Below are positions 61,701 to 64,000 of a stretch of DNA of 64,000 nucleotides, in pieces. Numbering within the stretch: the first letter of the stretch is position 1; each line of letters opens with the position of its first letter. Under the pieces are notes generated by a model. That model was not told the DNA's origin. It made no database searches and worked only from the letters and a program-made list of their open reading frames with translations. Both the position numbers and the translations under genes were made by a program. The stretch spans positions 1-64,000 of IMG/VR virus record IMGVR_UViG_3300025015_000723; one strand, written 5' to 3'. This stretch comes from an uncultured virus (IMG/VR IMGVR_UViG_3300025015_000723). Its lineage: Duplodnaviria > Heunggongvirae > Uroviricota > Caudoviricetes.

Positions 61701-62356
61701 TCTACCGTTGTTCTAAGGGCCAAGTGTTTAGCTTTAGCCCCTACTGTTAAAGCTATTCTATCTGCATCATCGCCCTTTTCTAAATCCAATCTCAAATCTT
61801 CATCTTTATTGGTAATACGATACATATCTCGCTTAGTAGAACCCGCTCTTAAATTAAAGGCATCTGTAGCGTGGTAGTGTTTTCGTGAGACTAGAGTTGT
61901 AGAGCGTGTATCTGGAGAGAGTTTAAAATAATCCTCTCCCGTGGGACCGTCTATAACAACTGAACCGTTTGCAAGCACAGCAACGGCGGCATCGCCACCA
62001 CTACCACTACTTAAAATATGATCACCAGGTTTCCCTGTTCTATATGTAGAATGAAAGACTGAACGTTGACCAGTATTTTGATCAACCCCATCTTTATAAG
62101 ATGCAAGTGGCAAACCCCCTATAATATAAGGTATGCCATAAGTTGCATGTATAACTCCCACAACTTCGCCTGGGGCGTAAGCAGTGTGTAGACCACCACC
62201 AAATCCTGCACCAGGAAGTAAAGAGGTTACTCCCTTACGAATCTGATATGGAGAATTATCTCCATATGAAATATCATAAGTACCATCTCCGTTGGCAGTA
62301 ACAATAGTTGCGAATCTTAAATCAGAAAAAGAATATTGCCTTTGTCCAGTTGCCAT
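58751..62356 (-). CDS. gp5/VgrG-like baseplate spike protein (1201 aa)
   Basis: N-terminal OB-fold-like segment (PGEVVGV....PYIIG) and about 12 SL.L...G.....G beta repeats. Confidence 0.6.
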   Translation of the reverse strand: MATGQRQYSFSDLRFATIVTANGDGTYDISYGDNSPYQIRKGVTSLLPGAGFGGGLHTAYAPGEVVGVIHATYGIPYIIGGLPLASYKDGVDQNTGQRSVFHSTYRTGKPGDHILSSGSGGDAAVAVLANGSVVIDGPTGEDYFKLSPDTRSTTLVSRKHYHATDAFNLRAGSTKRDMYRITNKDEDLRLDLEKGDDADRIALTVGAKAKHLALRTTVEFAGKNSKDMNQAPINKSKNEGLAECRIVYREFAASYLDPLDDQIKAEDENRNFYRKVYLRSNTLELADNDLAEIVYGPLVDINGLVLDINHMPIHADDSASHAEINTVLLEGVSVSGTQEDKLSKAYPTLLNNATVLNIRINTLGTDYKREMHHSDGKDGARRFEGLAKGQISKNWAYDTALDSDIWSNINPDDLNELKSNKGAFLPPIFDFSVDKNGTFKLHVPASSLTHSIAEWTKYDLDETAEVSIQSSPEENHVRSKTKNLELFQRIKRYGGELYHPVHQTSLNTIGGELRVLTDNVGVKHYAMLSPVGANAETGTASSQEKTDLFDNASGDSHTKAYCPIGQSAKISLDGRMDLSIGRDHADWKSLVADLRGGAILRLGRMYDVQPCECQAEAPWGDTKVAARSGKSSQEKIFNDRRSLVFETDGSITGTIGRSIERELSLDLNMKAGLKLHIGKANYGISLRRKLIHYFRDYNPNTTFDIDSKINVGYRFFDSSQSTETWDEFDEERHDKIAYNPRLIDGTFKGAEPQPFPDGKGKQTPESTNKIADRSLEAADPKNHHEPNNVINKKLTDEVRKARIKHGLFEEVAHVVNNRHRSQGLGSYDSETRNNDERLTLKADARDTEAGSININTEADVLLTIRDDLDYTYRKGNRTSLRLDTSGQVIAWLGADIDDYRSLSLECDGAIQTTVGKTKYEGKSLYGLLKGGIKLIVGKDNEDVEHNTDEGLQGYPSSNSDYQYSSEANPDGTGPANGGKKYEKVGYHPHIDQATRQAAGAEEPRPHKDDYATWQAAIQQVNYEGTSLNLKTLGSNWLTLGMNKDKESLVLDTAGSVIAQIGVDKKNRSAIIHCDGSMSAYFGKDNRPGGDGGRSLNVQMAGGAHISIKPGNTKTNDFGDSNTGDGLILAVSGNVKIVVLESDSVQVDITTKKYHEQIHATDAIDFVYDAPEIRQTYNGNLTNIVNGVKIYSGKELGVTEEK

Positions 62357-62368
62357 ATTTTCCTTGCC

Positions 62369-62683
62369 TTAAGCGAAATAGTCGATAAATATGAAAAGTT
62401 GAGAACCGTTACCACTCACGCTATCAATACGTGTTTCAGTATGAAAATTAAATATGTCTGCTGCGTTACCCAATTCGGTTTTTAATTCAGCTATTACCAC
62501 ATTACAATTTTTAATTGTTAGGGTGTCTAATTCGGCCATAGATTTAATGATGCCCGACTGTTGAAGTTCAACTACTTTCTGTGGATCATATAACACCACC
62601 AAATAAGTGTCGATGGAACCGTGTCCAGAAAAAGCATCTGCCACTTGACGTAATTTGATTAATAGTGTATCTATATCTGTCAT
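62369..62683 (-). CDS. hypothetical protein
   Basis: 104-aa ORF in the operon. Confidence 0.6.
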   Translation of the reverse strand: MTDIDTLLIKLRQVADAFSGHGSIDTYLVVLYDPQKVVELQQSGIIKSMAELDTLTIKNCNVVIAELKTELGNAADIFNFHTETRIDSVSGNGSQLFIFIDYFA

Positions 62684-62684
62684 A

Positions 62685-64000
62685 TTATCCCTCTGTAAGT
62701 CCTGGAGATTGAGTAGCGGATCTTAATTCTGATACCAATTTTAATTCATGTTCAGCCCTATCATAATAGAGGGAGGCCCTTAATCTATCAACTATGCTCG
62801 GATCCCAAGTAGCCTTAATAATATTCTCTTTATCGCAATTTAAACCGCATATTTCATTCCATTCTACAGAGTGAGTATTGCTAGACGGATCGCTCGTGGC
62901 ATTTTTTATTTTATCTCTTTTGAACTCAAGTAATTTAGTGAAATTAGATACATCATAACTCGTTAAAAATCTAGTATCATGAGATAGCAATGCTGCAGTT
63001 TGATCATATGGATTAGGAATCCAAACTCCAGGATAGTGTCCATACCCCAAAGAAAGAGTAGTGGTAAATTGACCACTATAAGAAAAATTATGAGCCACTT
63101 TTGTTACATAAAATAACATATTACGGCTTTCCACATATATAACTTCCCCTGTCTGATAAAACGGATTACCAATTATTTGTATTGAACCACTCAGCAGCGC
63201 AGAATACTGCCTGGTTAAATAAGCAGAAACGTATGGCATACCCTGGCTTTGAGCATTGGTTATAAATGCTTTTTGTACTTTTTCTTCTCTAAATCCATAA
63301 TGATACCACAAATCAAAATCCACTCCAGCTGCAGTTAAATAAACTGGAATTCCAGGAGTATCAGTAAGTCCATCATATTTGCCCAGTACATTTAAGCGGC
63401 AAAATTTAGGTTCACTCTCATCGAAAGACCAACTTAATATATTTTTATCTTTAATATAATAATGTGACCTGGCGGACGAAGATGGAAGAATAGAATCCCC
63501 AAATATTTCCTTAGCCACACCTTCTTCTGAAATTGGATAATCCACCTCTACTAAATGTGCTAATAAATATTTATATTGATATGCCCTTACCCAAGATTTA
63601 TCTATACCTGGTAAATATTTTAATAATCTCTGGCTAGCTGCGTCAGTGCCGATTTGTCTTTCCCAATCTGCCCAACTACCAGCTTCCGCAAAATCTGGTG
63701 AGTTTTTCAAAAATGATAAAACATATGGTAGAATTTTTTCTTTAAACACACTCAATGGAACTCGATTATATTGTGGCTTTCTATACCAAAGATTACCCTG
63801 TGCGTCTGGAAAAAATTCCCAATCTAATTGCTCTACGACGTCTTCACATATTTGTTTAGGATTTAATCTATCCGTATCCCAGAGTTCCATGTTTTGATTG
63901 ACTTGAAAATTAAACGCCCTTACAGCTATACTAGCCATATAAGTCATATCTATAATCACAAAATTCTGATCTATGTTCATAACTACATCGCTACGTTTAT
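62685..64000 (-). CDS. baseplate hub (gp27/gpD-like), 5'-truncated by the window edge
   Basis: EFFPDAQGNL.YRKP, GSIQIIGNP...GEVI, YVTKVAHNF...FTTTL.L; the frame stays open upstream of ATG 63980. Confidence 0.7.
   Translation of the reverse strand, partial: KRSDVVMNIDQNFVIIDMTYMASIAVRAFNFQVNQNMELWDTDRLNPKQICEDVVEQLDWEFFPDAQGNLWYRKPQYNRVPLSVFKEKILPYVLSFLKNSPDFAEAGSWADWERQIGTDAASQRLLKYLPGIDKSWVRAYQYKYLLAHLVEVDYPISEEGVAKEIFGDSILPSSSARSHYYIKDKNILSWSFDESEPKFCRLNVLGKYDGLTDTPGIPVYLTAAGVDFDLWYHYGFREEKVQKAFITNAQSQGMPYVSAYLTRQYSALLSGSIQIIGNPFYQTGEVIYVESRNMLFYVTKVAHNFSYSGQFTTTLSLGYGHYPGVWIPNPYDQTAALLSHDTRFLTSYDVSNFTKLLEFKRDKIKNATSDPSSNTHSVEWNEICGLNCDKENIIKATWDPSIVDRLRASLYYDRAEHELKLVSELRSATQSPGLTEG

Noticed and set aside
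31879..64000. Extracellular contractile injection system or tailocin locus of a bacterium
   Set aside because: Contiguous and co-oriented with phage-type replication and nucleotide genes (DnaB, loader, RNR, dNMP kinase), and no host housekeeping context.
1..64000. Stop-codon reassignment
   Set aside because: Long intact ORFs under code 11; TAA, TGA and TAG (for example 6411, 26272, 27544) all end genes at sensible places.
1..64000. CRISPR array, tRNA or rRNA genes
   Set aside because: Intergenic gaps are short (at most about 160 nt) and no spaced repeats or cloverleaf were seen by eye; a covariance search was not possible.

Overview
The window is a 64 kb stretch of a large, AT-rich myovirus-like (probably jumbo) phage genome. 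Every credible gene is on the minus strand, genes are tightly packed with ATGA/TAATG overlaps, and the standard code applies (TAA, TAG and TGA all end genes). In transcription order (right to left) there are five blocks. (1) About 32 kb of contractile-tail baseplate and appendage genes: hub, gp5/VgrG-like spike, PKD, gp25-like, an enlarged baseplate J, a 2098-aa wedge-like protein, and Kelch, Ig, beta-helix, LamG and FN3 proteins. (2) A ten-gene glycan cluster: 4 glycosyltransferases, 4 SAM methyltransferases, a radical SAM/SPASM enzyme and Gmd. (3) A tubulin/FtsZ-family GTPase. (4) A putative lysis cassette: a frameshifted HNH, amidase, subtilisin, DUF1003 membrane protein and coiled-coil protein. 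(5) Replication, nucleotide and proteostasis genes: SF2 helicase, DnaC-like loader, DnaB with a zinc-ribbon insertion, class II RNR with a LAGLIDADG intein, SSB-like protein, dUTPase, M16 peptidase, dNMP kinase, GroEL, AAA+ ATPase, DEDDh exonuclease and the 5' end of gyrB. Two recurring regulatory motifs were read directly from the DNA: seven sigma70-like promoters with an invariant TTATATT -10, and six intergenic CTATTAAT boxes. Functional calls come from motif recognition by eye; no database searches were run.
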